Part shown: positions 27,079-41,198 of the stretch, piece by piece | Position numbering within the stretch: the first letter of the stretch is position 1 | Layout: every line of letters starts with the position of its first letter | NCBI RefSeq assembly: GCF_964204645.1 | Contig: NC_134027.1 | Coordinates: forward strand, 19,244,560 to 19,308,559 | Length of the DNA stretch: 64,000 nt | Direction of reading: 5' to 3' | Origin: Tubulanus polymorphus | Taxonomy: Eukaryota; Animalia; Nemertea | Translations under genes and position numbers: made by a program | The notes under the pieces: model-generated | Database searches by the model: none | Seen by the model: only the letters and a program-made list of their open reading frames with translations | Told to the model about the DNA's origin: nothing

Positions 27079-28328
27079 ATGGTGCAGACTGCTAGACTTT
27101 GTATTGCTTCACAGGTCAGTCAGACAAGGTTAATAGTTGTGGTAGCTGCGCGTATTCTTACTGATTACTGTGTTTATACTCATGTGGAGGAAATTGAATG
27201 CTTCCACATTCACCAATCATCTATCAATACATCAATATATAATCAATTAATCTATAATTCCAGTTCTGCATGTATACCTACAGTATGTGATACCAGGTTG
27301 GATAGATAACTCATTGTTTATAACTCAGTTTGTTCTGATTATCACATGTCATGATTGGTCTCAATTTGGCCTCAAATGTCGGGTTTGAAATCCCAGTTAG
27401 AAACTCGAAGGACAGTTCTAATGTTAGTGAGTTTCAATCATTTGTTAGGAAATTAGTGGCCAGATGGATGATCCGATTGGACAAGCCTATCTGTTAGGGA
27501 ATATTACTAAAAGTTCTATGATGGTATGAATGCATATTCTTGATTCGAGCACTTGCTGATGAATAACTTAGTAAAGCTAGATACATACCATTGCCTTTTG
27601 CCAGATCAAAAGTCAATATAGGAATGCATTAATAGTGACACTTCTTTCCTAGCAGGTCTGCCCCTATGCGCATCATGTGCGTGTCTCCAGCTTAACCTTT
27701 ATTAAGTTCTTTCGTTGCCTCGGCTTCGTGTGATCAAGAAATCCAAAATAGCCTCATCGAGTTTAAAGTGCTAGTATAGCATTTGATTTCCTTTTCGATG
27801 CTTCCTACGTACAATACGCTTCTGAACAAATCATCGACAGTTCTATGTTTTCGACGGATTTATTGCTTCAAAACTGGCTCTGATGAATTTTCAACAGAAA
27901 CCGTACATCAGCTTGATTGCGATTAGAAAGCTGTTCATTAGAAATGATTCCTTGGATGCATTGGGTAATAGAACCCTGGAAGACAATTCCGACCACTTTC
28001 ACATTACTTTCAAAGTTGCTTAAGTCGTCATAGCTGGGACCATCAGTTTGCTTATAACTTATCCAAATGACTTAAATCATTTACACTTCTTATCTACATA
28101 GTAAATACTAAATGGGACTAAGAAATAGTGATGACTTGTAGTAATATGATGGCTTAATAACGAAGTTATCGAATTTAAACCTGTATTTTCAACCTCTCCA
28201 ACATCTGAAACTTTTGACATCTCGAACCGAATTAAAGGCATGAATAAACATGGCCGCCCACTCGGTAGTTTGACATTTCTATACCATCAACGTTTTGGTA
28301 CCTCAAGGGATACTCATTTCTAAGTACG

Positions 28329-29085
28329 AAGGCTTATGTCGGGCTACAATGCAACAGTTAACTGATGCACCTAGGAAGAAAGCTGATCGTAGCCGAGCGT
28401 ATGTCGACTGCGCTTCATTCGGAGTGACTGAATGCAACTAGCTGGATATGTCTTCAGCCATATGCTTCGCCCGCTTATGTGGATCACTAGATTCACTTTT
28501 ATCTGAATCGACTGAAGAATGTCACGTGATAGTTTGAATAGCCTAACGACATAGAACAAAGAAGGCTGCTTGTGCCAAAAGCATCGAAAAGGCCTACACC
28601 ATTCTAGTAAAAATATGAAATAAAAGACCATTGGTATTGTAGCTCACCTTGATATCAACTAATACATAGTTTAGACTCATTGTGCCTAAACTATATATCT
28701 AGAATATTTCTGAAATATATGTGTGAAAAATGCATGAACAAGACAATGTATGATAACATCAGCTAGTGATAGCAAAAGCAAATCAACGGATTAAACCAGA
28801 TTGATATTTAGGAAACGATTAAAACTCAGGGCCCAGTTGTGATTAAGTCCAAATGTTGTCTTAGATTTTAAGACTGGTCTTGACTTGTTAGATTGACTAC
28901 AAACATAGGATGGTCTTAGACTGGTCTTAATATCTAAGCTGCGACAATGCAACTGGCTATAGCTCAACTAGATCAGCAAGATATGACGGCAACAGGTGGC
29001 ATACTGTCATACTGTATATAGGCAGTTTTCACCTTGTGCCAATATTGCCTCAGTATCCATCACGTTGTAGCCCAACAAAACTTAA
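28329..29085. mobile_element. Old Harbinger-type element related to 9178-10024, containing a family A MITE
   Basis: Degenerate inverted ends AAGGCTTATGTCGGGCTACAA (28329) and TTGTAGCCCAACAAAACTT (about 29065-29083), plus GCAACT/GACGGCAAC motifs. Confidence 0.55.
28827..28957 (+). mobile_element. MITE family A copy
   Basis: CAGGGCCCAGTTG...GGATGGTCTTAGACTGGTCTTAATATCTAAGC...TGCAACTGGC. Confidence 0.75.
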
Positions 29086-29784
29086 CTGTTTGTCCCCTGA
29101 AAGCACTTAACTCTGCCAACTTGTTGAAAACTCCAAAAAATTGTAGATATAGAAGAGGTATTGTACCATGTTGATAATATCAAAGTTGAGGGTATTTCGT
29201 TGCGCTATTATCACTTCACGGGCCACATTGCTGATCATTCTGGGATGACAAGAGTTTTTCATTTTGTGAGCAATCTGATGAATGGAAACTTAGATAAGAT
29301 GCTTTTAGTATTCTACAAGCCCTTAAATCCCCTGGTGTACATGTCTCGAGTATGCACCCGTATGGGATCAAGAGCTTCTTTTACCCAGTCCCTCATTAGA
29401 CCTTACTGTACTCAAACCCCACAATTGTTTTTACCGTCTTTGTTTCTCGCAGATCGGCGACAATAATCCATAACTGTTCCATCGCTCTCGTATAAAAACA
29501 ATCCAGCTGGTTATTACCAGCGAAAGAAGATGTTTTTTCTCAGCCAATTTTCTATACGCTTGTATCTGGTCGACTCTGTGAGACCGAACATTGCTGATGT
29601 ATTTTATCGATTTTCATTCTTTCCGTGATTGTTTTTGTTTTGTCATCAAAGAAGTTTGTGTTCTCTTGTGTGTGCGCGCTGTGGAAATGTGTGGCCACTA
29701 CGGTATGGAATTAATATTGGTTTTAGGTTACGTGTTTTTTCCCAGTTTTTGTTCGGTGAATAGTTTTTTTCTCTCCCCGCTAGT

Positions 29785-29834
29785 CTCCCTCCCTCCCTCC
29801 CTCCCTCCCTCCCTCCCTCCCTCCCTCCCTCCCT
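29785..29834. repeat. (CCCT)n microsatellite
   Basis: Direct reading. Confidence 0.95.
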
Positions 29835-32530
29835 CTGTGTCTCATTGTTACGGATCAATATGTGCTGGCTTATCATTGCGTATTCAAGTCGTGAAGATCT
29901 TTGTAAATAATAGAATTCATTCTTCGTCTGTTCTTTATGAAGGTTTGGAGACACTGTCAACATTAGCAGTGTTCTCGCATCTTATTGCTTGATCTTTTCT
30001 CTTTTTATTGATCATTGGAGTGCCTTTTTTATCGTCAATCTGCGACCTGTTTTTTTTGTCCATGGGAGCACATTATATGTCTCTGTTCAGACCATAGATA
30101 CATGTATAATATTTCAACTGATTGACAATACTTATCAATACATTGTGTCGAGGCATTTGTTCCTTTTCGTGGTGAAGCTGTGTAAATCCTGAAATGATTT
30201 AGGATGAATGAAATTAATCGTTTGGTTTGGAGCGTTTTATAGTTGATACAATGCATCATGTCAAGACTGTGGTGTATCTCTACGTTTCATATTCCTCCTT
30301 TTTCATTTGGGATAAAGTGAAAAGATAGGAATAATTTAGTTGTAACTTTAACCGATTTTGAAAATGAACCCGTGGTAAGATCTTGGTCTCTTGGAAATAG
30401 AAAAAAATGTAATAATAATGGTTATGATGCATTTCATTAAATGAATTTCATACGTTAAGGTTTCGAAAATGCAATGTTCAAGAGTTGACATAATGTTATT
30501 ATAAAAAATCTTATTGTGACATGATGAAATAGGAGAATAAGAATGAGAAAAATCACAAAAAACGGATATTATTTGTTGATAAGAATTCAATGTATTCTCT
30601 GAGGCTAATTTGACATAAAACGCAATTATTTTGCAATTATTTTGCTAGGGGACCATTTCATACACTTCTGATCTTTCATTTATTTGTTATGTTTCAAAAG
30701 ATTATTTCGCTATAACTACAAGGCTATCTGAGGTGAACATTTCTGGTAACATTTGAATCTGCATCTAAGGACTTTCCTTTATTCAATACATAATCGTAGG
30801 TATATTCTATATTTCTATGCCGGTATGGATTACTTTGAAAACTATAATACGCTGTCACCGTTATTTCTTTCAATACGTCTTTCGCGTTATTGATTTCTGC
30901 TCGCAGCCAATCGTCTTTCACATCGATTTTATTCATTGGTGTTTTATTATTTTAATGGCCTCAAACCAAATATTGATATATTTGTTCGTTCAAACTCAGG
31001 GGGGGGGGGAAGTGGACTGCGCTATTGATTTTCTTTACTGAATATATAGAAAATACAAGACACTGATACAAATACTGAATATACATTGTAGAATTTGAGT
31101 CTCGGTGAATGACGCGTTTACGGACAATTTTCAAGTTTCCGGCTTGCGAGGATACGACAGAGATACAACCTGATCTTGAAAGTATTGGATTTGTGTCCTT
31201 AGACTGGAATTAATCAGGGGTGTAAGATTTGATGGAGTGTATTGGAAGCATTTCACTTCCTTTAATGCCCGACATCCGTATTCCATTTCTATCCTCTGAT
31301 ACTAGTCATAATGCAATATAGATTTTGTCTCTATGCTGATACTCTACTAATTCCCTACTAATGTTGTTTGGACTAGAACTTGCTTAAACGCTATTCTGAA
31401 GACTAATACAAACAATGAACAATCTTTTTTGTTGTTGAAGGTTTTTCTCGGGTCTCTCCACCCTCTATTGGGAAAACCGAATTATTGAACCCGCTAATGA
31501 CCGTTGAGTGGCATTTAGCTGGTTGAGGGTAAAAAGCAAAAGATGAGACAGGCAGGGTAAAGTCCATTACATTGTCCAGCCAGGTCAAACAGAGTTTTTT
31601 CCATGGTGCATATCAAAATGTCAATCATCAAGAGAACAGACTAACTTTTCTGCTCATTGCTGAGTGTACTGGTCTACAGGTATGGTCCATACAGTGTAGC
31701 ATTGTCCAGTCTAGTTTGATGGTACTATTTGGCAATGGTTTCATTATGACTAGCTTATGTCGGGCTGCAACAAGACGGATAGTGATGCAACTGGGGTCAT
31801 CAGCTAGTAGCCGCGCTGCCAGTTGTCATCATATCTCAACACAAGTCGGCTTACCACACAACTCGATGCATACCAACTTGTCGCAAGCCACATCCCTCTA
31901 GTTGCTCGTTGCTGGTTTTTGACCTACCATGCGCCGACACTATCATCTATTCATGTATTTTTGTACTAACAAAATATTACTGATCTGCTGAACTGAATAC
32001 TAAAAACGTGAAAAGTAAAAACCATGTTAAAAATGAGAAAATACTGGTGAAGATACTGAAAATTTTGTCGAAGGAATCGTTACTGGAAAAATGTACTGAA
32101 TTCGGAAAAAGAAAATATCAACGGAAATACTAAAAGTCATGCCAATGTCTGCATGTTTGGCATCTATATGACATCTATATCAAGATGGCTATTCGCTGAA
32201 AAGCGTAGGATAAAGGTCAACTAGTTTTGTCAACTGTTTTATATATTGATCACTTTTATTTTTGCTTGGGTGATTCATTAGTCTTTGGCAAATATCCGAA
32301 ATCAGGTCGATCTTTTCTGTCCAAGTTTTTTGAGAGATGAATGAGTTGCCTGGATGGTGTATTTTTTATTGTTTATCCTCCTTCAGCAGGGATTAGAACC
32401 TGATGGCATCATTAGGTTCTGCCATGTAGAAAACCCTCCCTGAATAGACAGTACGTTTGTGCAGCATTGCCGTGATATCATTATCAGCCAATCAAAAATC
32501 ATAGTTTGCTTGGTTGTTCAGTTTATTTCT

Positions 32531-32760
32531 ATTCATGAATTTCACTGTTGAAATTATTGGTCCAATAACCCGGACCAATCTTGAACCCGATATTATCTTT
32601 CATTTATTTGTTATGTTTCAAAAGATTATTTCGCTATAACTATAAGGCTATCTGAGGTGAATATTTCTGGTAACATTTGAATCTGCATCTCATGAATTCA
32701 TGAATTTCACTGTTGAAATTATTGGTCCAATAACCCGGACCAATCTTGAACCGGACATTA
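32531..32760 (+). repeat. 65-bp direct duplication enclosing a 96-bp copy of 30671-30766
   Basis: 32531-32595 matches 32696-32760 with 2 mismatches. 32595-32690 matches 30671-30766 with 2 mismatches. Confidence 0.95.
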
Positions 32761-33848
32761 GAAATTCAGCCTCTAAATCAAGATTTGAAAGATGATTAAC
32801 TTGGACAAAATGCTTTTCTTCCTATTTTGGTTTTTTCTTCATCTTGAAGCTTAAATCTTTCGAAATTGTGTAGATTTTATGTGAATTTGAGTGTGAATGG
32901 TATTACTTGTATGATTATTTTTTCTGTTTGGTGATATATGCCAGAAGCTTAGCTTTTAAGTTATTTTGCTCGCTGTTAGACTATATTAAAACAAACTGCA
33001 TGTGTTATATTCTATTTACCTTATTCCTAGTCTTGTTTTTAAAATATTCTGCTAGGATTTATGCAAAAAAGAAGTAAATACGTATGAAGTAGGATTTATA
33101 GGGGGCTCGTTTATTTGCTCCCATGATTGATTCATAAAATTTGAGGCTATCCTCTCCCAGATGAACACCTACAAGTATAACCTATGCAATATCATAATAT
33201 CTCGAATTCATATTATCTCTAGTTATTCTGAGATTTCTGCCACTCTGCTCAGTAGAGAACATCGAGTGTTCCTCAATATTTACTTTCAATTTACTCGCAT
33301 CATCAGTTTCAGAATCGAATTGAAGCACATCGTGCAATTCAATCGTAGAAACTTTTACTGACTTCGTCTCGTGTATTCATGTTCCTCTACTACTTGTCCG
33401 ACGCAAAAATGCTCAATTTGTACTTTTGTTGTCGTCGCCGACTGGTTGTGACATTCTTGAGAGAATATCCTTATGCGAAGACATCGTTTTCGCAGCAGTT
33501 GCCGAATGAACGATTCGATCATAGTAGAATCTCAATCTAATGAGAATGGCTATAGAGTCAGTAATGTCGAGTGATTTCGCCGGCTTTTCGCAGACCTGAA
33601 AGTTGTCGGATGTTGATATAATGAGTGGAAGGAGGGAAGAAATATCGATGAAGTAGTGGTTTCATGTGGTGAGAGTTAAACAGCTGACAGTCTCATGTTA
33701 TACGTGAAATCAGTTACACCTCACTGCAGACTGGATCTCTTGTGTATAGACACCTTGCAATGAGGGGATATACGTAGGACCCCCCCCATTGAAATCAAGG
33801 CAATAGTAACATTCACACTGCGTACATTATTTCGACTGTTCTACATTA

Positions 33849-34385
33849 GCTGCATTCATGCTACGTTTTTTAGATCGGTCTAGATTTGGCAAATTCCGTT
33901 GTGGAACACTTGCAAAATCTCTGCTATTCAGAACACTGCTATTCAGTCCGTTCCAATTTGGAAGAGAACACTTCGTCCTAGAGTAATCATTTGTCAAATG
34001 GTCTCAATTTCATTGCTGTTTTAGGGATTTTAACAAAATTTTTATTTTTCATTTTTTGGAAAATAAGTCTAAGGAGCGTCGGACCAGTCAGACCAATGAC
34101 GACGTCGCTGAGAAGGACCAAGTGAAAAAAGTCTGCGCTAAATTGGTCCGTTCCATTTTACAACAGCCCAATTTAGACCAATACAAATCTGCTCATAATT
34201 TTAGAATGGACCATTTCTATTTGTGTGAATAGAAAATCTTTGATCTTATTTTCCTGTCATGGACCAATTGGAACAGTGGATTATAAACATGTGAACATAT
34301 AGCTCTGGTACTAATCATTCTAAATTGGTCATTTGAGGTACCGTCTAAAATTGGAATGGACTGATTAGCCATAGTTGAATGCAGC
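33849..34385. mobile_element. Harbinger-type MITE (family B relative)
   Basis: TIR GCTGCATTCA / TGAATGCAGC with a perfect TTA TSD. Internal GGACCAAT and TTCCAATTT repeats. Confidence 0.75.
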
Positions 34386-34424
34386 TTATGGAGTCAGGGT
34401 TTAGGAGTCAACACTTACGCCACC

Positions 34425-34585
34425 CTGTCAACGAGTTGGTAGGCGACGGGTTAAGTCTTAAGCTGGCTTGTGTCGAGTGAATATGACGGCACCTGGTGTC
34501 CTACCAAAGGTCGCTCATTCCCGCTAGTCGCTGATAAAGCCAGTTGGGTCAGTAGGTGTTGAGTTGCAGTTAACATAAACCTGCC
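34425..34585 (-). mobile_element. Fragment of the 9178 Harbinger family (left arm, reversed); related fragments at 31750-31910 and 35580-35830
   Basis: GCTAGTCGCTGATAAAGCCAGTTGGGTCAGTAGGTGT is the inverse of CCTACTGACGCAACTGGGTTTATCGCCGATTAGC at 9209-9242. Confidence 0.65.
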
Positions 34586-34900
34586 CCAGTTATACCGCAG
34601 ATTGGATCTCAAAATGTAGACACCTTATTCATCAGTTTGTAAGATGAAGACGATGTGGTTGGATCTGCAGATCAGTTCCTCCATTAGGGGATCTTTTGAG
34701 CAATAATCGTATATCAACTGACCTAATGAAAATAGTTTCATTCAAAACAACTTGCTTATTAACTGGTTTCATGCTTAAACGTCTCTCATGGGTGTTACTT
34801 GTTTTCGATGTAAATTTGTTGATTGAAGTTCCTTTTCTTGCTTGATCAATCCTTCATTGTTCACTCGTATAGACGATACTTTGTTTTTCTTGATCCGCAG

Positions 34901-35027
34901 AAAAGAAAGTGCGACGTGGATGAAGAAGCCTACTGTCAATCCAAATTCCTCATTTCAAAGGAGGGATATAAAGTTCATTTTCATCTACGTAGTCAATGAA
35001 CGGGGACACTGTGAATCTATCATCTGA
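34901..35027 (+). CDS. Candidate alternative terminal exon
   Basis: Acceptor TTTGTTTTTCTTGATCCGCAG. Phase-2 frame (R)KESATWMKKPTVNPNSSFQRRDIKFIFIYVVNERGHCESII* ends in a class I PDZ-ligand-like motif. Confidence 0.35.
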
Positions 35028-36599
35028 TGGTTTCTTGTCGATATTTGTTGCCCGACTGGCACTTCTCAAAACCAACCTAATTACACTCTGCACCGTGGGG
35101 CTACAATTGTCATCCAGAATCTTATAATGTTGGCGCCCATAAAATATGCCATTCTTGGTTTTTTTTCATCGACTGTTGTTAAGGATTCAAAACTATCAGT
35201 CACGTGGTGAGCATACTATACGTAACCAAGCGATTGCAAATCGACTAGAGAACATCAGATGTGCGCGTGCGGCCTACTTGACTGACGGATTTCTGGTATA
35301 TTGAAGCATGGACTCATCATTTCAGTGTCCACAATTGAACATTGAATGCTAATGTGTTCGGATATCAATCGGATCCCTTCAAGTGAGCTTAACAAACAAA
35401 AATACCAGCTTATTAAATTCCTCAGTAAACTGATATAGCTGTTAGCTAATAAATTGTATTTAGTCACAACAGCGGATATTTCGTATAGGAAGTACATGTA
35501 GTTATGTTATAAGATGATTAAAGGACTCTTTTAAGTATAATTCTTTTGATCTGGTAATTAATGAGATTTTGAGATAGATGAGCGGGAGCTAGGTTGGTCG
35601 TGTAGCAACAGGAAAGACAATTGAGAGGAGAAACTGAACGATTTATAGCTAGCTTTATGTGGAGTAGGACGCCTCGGATGCAGATATGACTTGGAAGAAA
35701 CCAATCATGGCACGGCTTATGTCAGCTGTGCTTTATTTCCAGCAACTGAGTGCAACTAGCTGGGTGGGTATCATCTCCTAGCAGTTGCTTGCTTGCTTAT
35801 GGTGACCACAATCACTGGAAACTGAATCTTCTATCATGCGATAAAATTGAACAAAGATGGCTACTTGTCTCATAGGCGATGGGGTAACGGTAGGCCTACC
35901 GGCATTCGCTAGATGGCGCGATATAATACAGTTATTTGTTGTGAAAATTATTTCATTTTCGATGAAATTTGAACTTGATGCGAATCACCGCAAAATCCTC
36001 GGTAGCCTCAATTACTTTGCTGGTACCCCAATAACTTTTAACGATACAAAACAGCCAAACTGAATTAACATTGCCATATATTTCTTTAAAGAAGTAATTC
36101 CTTAGTCTTGGTTCAATTTGTATCTTATTTTGATAATTCATTGGAAATTAAATTGAATTTATTTGTGGATTCTTCATGAGCCTTAAGAGATGGAGGTTGA
36201 GACACTTAATCAGTCTGTGTCCTTTGTTATAACCTTGACATTATGTGAAATCATTTCTGCGTTTTCGCTCTCTTTGTCTGTCACGTGACTATAATTCATC
36301 GGCGGATATGATGCTGTATATTATTAAACTTTATGAAATCAATCATGTTCAACATTCTTTCATCGCTGACTCAACACAACAACATCATCAATGTGTCTAC
36401 ATATATACATACATGTGTCTAGCGAGCTGCATTGATCTATAGTCCTGTGATACAGCAAATACCAAAACACTACATTTTCACAATGATTGATTGATGGACT
36501 ATTAAATGTCTGCCTGTAAATGAACTTAGCATAGAACGCTGCAATTTATTGAGCCTGAGAGTTCACTTTCAGTTACGCGTTTATTCATTTGATAAGGTG

Positions 36600-36838
36600 A
36601 AAATTAATGGCGGAATTTAGGGGGGCATTGCTGTAGAAATAAACGAGCAGCACTGGGGGACAGTGAAGGGGGCCATTTCAGAAAAACTGATGAACAGTAA
36701 AGGGGCCATTACGGTAAAAACATTGTGAACAGTAAATGGGTCTATCACCAAAAAGTTAATGAATGGCGGGGCAATTTCAGTGAAGTCTAATAATGATGCA
36801 CAGCACGGGCTATCGCAGTAAAAACTAATGAACAATAA
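36600..36838. repeat. Degenerate minisatellite with a unit of about 34 bp
   Basis: Repeated AACAGTAAAGGGGCCATT.C.GTAAAAACT.ATG-like unit. Confidence 0.75.
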
Positions 36839-36903
36839 CTATGTTGAAACCACATTGTCGATTTACATATTTCATTAACTAATGGTTCCATTGTGGTAGT
36901 TGT

Positions 36904-36926
36904 GTATGTATGTATGTATGTATGTA
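36904..36926. repeat. (TATG)n microsatellite
   Basis: Direct reading. Confidence 0.9.
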
Positions 36927-39900
36927 ATTCTGCAGGTCATTGTCGTTGTCTCCAGCGGAAGAATGCTCTTTATTGTTCCGGTAAAACATATCATTAACAT
37001 GAGTTGAAAGTGTTGAAAGTAAGCTTGGTCGCAATGTATAATCTGCGTATCTTACTACATGTGACATCCATATTCACACTAATGATCTTTCAAACTGCCA
37101 GAATATCATCTATATAACAAAGCCCTGTCAAATGAGCTGTCCCATATACATTACCGTATAATATGGAGATGTCTCAGTCCTGAGATTGTACAGCCTTCCG
37201 CATATAGTCTCCTAATCCACACTCAAATTTTTCAGTTCTCATATTATTATGGAAACTTGATATCTAGAAACTGTATATCTAGAAACCTGACAATCTATTA
37301 TGAATTAATTGACCTTAGATTGTATCTACTTAAACTGCTTTCAAAATAAGGGGATTCTTACCTTATGAAGAATTGGGGATTTTTACTGAGGGGATTTTTA
37401 CCCAGATGATTTTTACCGCTAACCGTCTACTACATGTACCCAATGTACCTGGTTATCTCTTATGATGTCAGCAAGCCTTTCTTCTAATCTACTAGACCCC
37501 ATATCCCTGGGTATTGGGTATCTATATACCTCTAATTTCTACCCCAACAAACCGTCCAATCTACTTTACCCATATACCTGGGATGCCTTGCCCTTTTAAA
37601 CCTCTCAATTCCTTTTTACGGATCAGAAATGCTAAGCACAGCCTTAACGGTTTTTTCAGATAGCCTGTTTGCTATGTGGGTTTATTTCTGTCACGTTGTG
37701 TCGTATGATCTGATCATTTCGTGTTATTGTCCTCATCGATATGGCTTGTATTTTGTATGGATTCCATGTATTAGTTCAAGTTGACTTCAAAGCGAAGTGA
37801 AGATAATAAGATTAGGCCTATGAAACCTTTCAACTCTGATCTAATTTATGCTGTCAACTTGTATCACTATATTTACTAATGCTATCAAAATATTATGTGA
37901 CAACATATGTTGCATGTGGAGGTTCGCTGCAGGGTTTTTTCTCTTTTGGCTCCAAATTTGATATAGAAAGTCATTTGAGGTTTTTTAGTGGATGAAACAT
38001 TCAGAACTCATTTGACCAGGTTAATATTCTTGACATGAGCCCTTAAATCCATGTTCTCTTATAAGTGGTCATTTAGATTCTGAGTAAGGGATAGTCCAGG
38101 CCCTGTTATCTTTGAAATATTGGGGGTTGAAACCTCTGTTGGGAAATCCAAACTTTCTTTGAACATACATTTCATACATGATTGAATAGGCAGTCCTTAT
38201 GCATCTCATTATTATCATTATTAGGCTTATTATTGTTATCATTATTAGGCGCATTATTGGCTGGGTTTCTTTACTATGAAATGGTATGCTTAGAAACAAT
38301 GAAAAATGTTTGAATTTGAATACTAAATAAAACGGTTAATTGGAACGTATGGATCCTCTTTGGCTCATTTCTTAAGTAAATCTGCCCCCTTTTAAACTTG
38401 TGCAAACTGTCTGGGGATAGACTCCATTATGAATGGGATATCTGGAGCATCAGGCATGTTGAAAGCAATTGTTTAATGCCGCGGCCAATTGCCAATTTTT
38501 GATGTGTTCTGATGTATTGCTGCAGTGCATTTACTTGAATATCTTCAAAAACATGGTATTCAAAGAAAAAAAACGCCATTCAATAAATCAATGCCGCAGC
38601 TTTCGCCGCTGTACCTCCAACGCTACTGAGCATCAGATTGCACTCATATTGGTCACACAATCTTTTAGAGGCCTCTGAAATGTTCATTTTGGTGAGGTTG
38701 TTTGTAGAGATCACATGATACAACGCTATGTCCAGAGAATCCCGTTGGAGGTTTTGCAGGCAGAAATAGAGTTGGCCCCTGGAATATCTCATAAAATATT
38801 TGTTTCATTTTTCTGTAGGCACGGGTTGTGTCACTAATCAACTTGTCAGTAACCAATAGATGATGAACTATATCCAGGAATATATACCAGTACTTGTTTG
38901 TTTATAATTGGTAAACATGTTTTCTCCTCTGGACTTACGTATTGATTGAAATCGATGTAGTGATATTTAAGTGAGGTATTCGATATTGGCTTGGGATCGT
39001 AACAACCCAATTCAATTTGAACAACCGATAATTGCAAATCTCCAACTGAGGGATAAGAGTGGTAATGATTCGTATCTAATTAAATTTGAATTAGTTGGGT
39101 CACTTGAGTCAAGTGTGGCATGCGCTGACTAGATCATCTACACGTTTTCACATCCGTGACTTCAATTTGTAAGTCAAGTAATGTTTATTGAACTCCAGGG
39201 TTCGTGTGTAATTTGTTCGCACAATCTATTGAAACGTCATGTTTATTTTATCACTCAATCAGTTCTACTCAACTAAGCATATCTTCAAAACAACCTTAAG
39301 ATCTTCATCATTTTTAACCCTTTCGCTGCTACTGCCGCCCGTCATACATTTTACATTTGTCATGCGGTTGATGGGCACTTCCCGTCATACATTGGTTCAT
39401 CGTCATCTAAACTCCGATGCATAATTGACTAAAGCGTTGCACACGAATCGTATAGTATTTGATTTTTACACCAGAAGGCAGCATCTGTCGGTAAAGTAGG
39501 CGGTCTGATTATTTTTGAGCAATAAGGCAATAATTTGTATTGAATTGGATGCAGACACTTGTTGATTTCAGTAACCTAGTTTTCATTGTCTGGAGAATTT
39601 TGTGAGTGCTACATTGGATGATAGCCTCTTATAGGCCTAGATGACTTAGGACAAATTAAAGTTAATTTGTATTTTACCCAATATGGCGACGTGTGGCGTG
39701 GAAAAAAACCTGACGCAGCCAAAGGGCTCAAATTGGGGAGCGAGTACCAAGTTGTTGATTATTGTTTTACTAAAAACTTTGATGATGGAGTTATGTTGAA
39801 TTGCTTTATTTGTATTGCCAAATTATTGGATTATTACCTTTTTAGGATCAACATGATCCTTTGAAAATGCGAAAGTCCTTTTGATCGAACAAAATGTAAT

Positions 39901-40500
39901 CATGGTTGTTCAATTTTTAGCTTTTTTATCACAAATTGGGAAACATGTACCACTACTCTGTGATTGCTGTTTCCAGTCGCTAGTAGGTTTAACTGATACA
40001 GTAGACTCCGCCTATAGTGGTCGCGTAACTGTTGCCGATTTTTCAAAATTTTTTGCAGTAGGGACAGATCTTTTTCTACTGGTTTGAACAGATTACCGAT
40101 TAGACCGGTATGGCTGTAGGCGGAGGTTTCTTCAGTCATCATTCTCTTCTTTTATGACAAAAGGCGAAATGGGGGAATTGGGACAGGGGCCAATTGGGAA
40201 GACCCCATATTGTTTCCGACTCCTCTTGCGAACCGGTGTATAATGCTGAAATTTGTTTCATAAACCGCTGAAATTGGGATATTCAACGTGTTTAATCATC
40301 TACACATAAGTCTAGGTATGCGGTGGTAGCAGGTACAAATAATGCTTGCTTAACTATACCCCGTATTTCAGCATAACATTGATATATCAAGGCGAATGCT
40401 CAATGCTTGAGGATTGCATAGAATGGCATTGGTTCCTAAATTGTGATTATTTGTTGAGATTTTTTCTCATGCAGAATAATAAAACAATACGGGTTATAGT

Positions 40501-40600
40501 CCAAGGCTAGTTTTATAGAGTGGTATTAACTCTAACCCAGGGGCTAACTCAATTCATGATTATCAGTCTTTAAAACTGGTGTCTATAAAACCAGCCCCTG
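40501..40600. mobile_element. MITE of about 100 bp
   Basis: Inverted ends CAAGGCTAGTTTTATAGA / TCTATAAAACCAGCCCCTG. Confidence 0.6.
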
Positions 40601-41064
40601 GAGTAGGCCTATATTGGGAATTGAATGTGCATACAAAGTTAAAGCTTGGTCCCATGAATCTTAGAATGTAGGAACCTTGAAGTTTCAGAAAAGCAAGGCT
40701 GCCATTCTTTCTTTGTTGTCTAGTTGCCATGGTTGCATAGTTACCATTTTTTTTGTGGAGTCAAATGAGTTTAATTGTGAAGTTTCCCAATTTGGATGCT
40801 GCCCAGGGGAATGAAAAGATATTTTCACTTTTTTTAGAAACGACTGGTATTTTTATGCTGATTTTAATGATCAAAATGATAAAACCCAGCATGTAGCCTA
40901 ACATTTGTCTTCAGTTTTATCCCCCCAGAATGCCATTTTGGCACTTTTTATGTCCCCTATTTTTGTAACTATACAGGGAGTATTTATGACATTATGTGTA
41001 TAGGCAATAATTAGGTCCAGGGATTATTTCATTGCCCCGGGAACAGTGGCCAAAATTAACGCAC

Positions 41065-41198
41065 CAGGGCCCAGTTGCACAGTCTTGACTCCAAATAATG
41101 AATTTGGTCATAAATTGTTAGAGTGGCTGTAGAACTAAGATGGTCTTTAATGATAAACTGGTCTTATATCTGGAACATGGCTGTGCAACTGGACCCAG
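41065..41198 (+). mobile_element. MITE family A copy
   Basis: TIR CAGGGCCCAGTTGCACAG / CTGTGCAACTGGACCCAG, with the shared AACTAAGATGGTCTT core. Confidence 0.8.

Noticed and set aside
29591-29992. ORFs with LPPS and REGG repeats
   Set aside because: They are translations of the (CCCT)n microsatellite.
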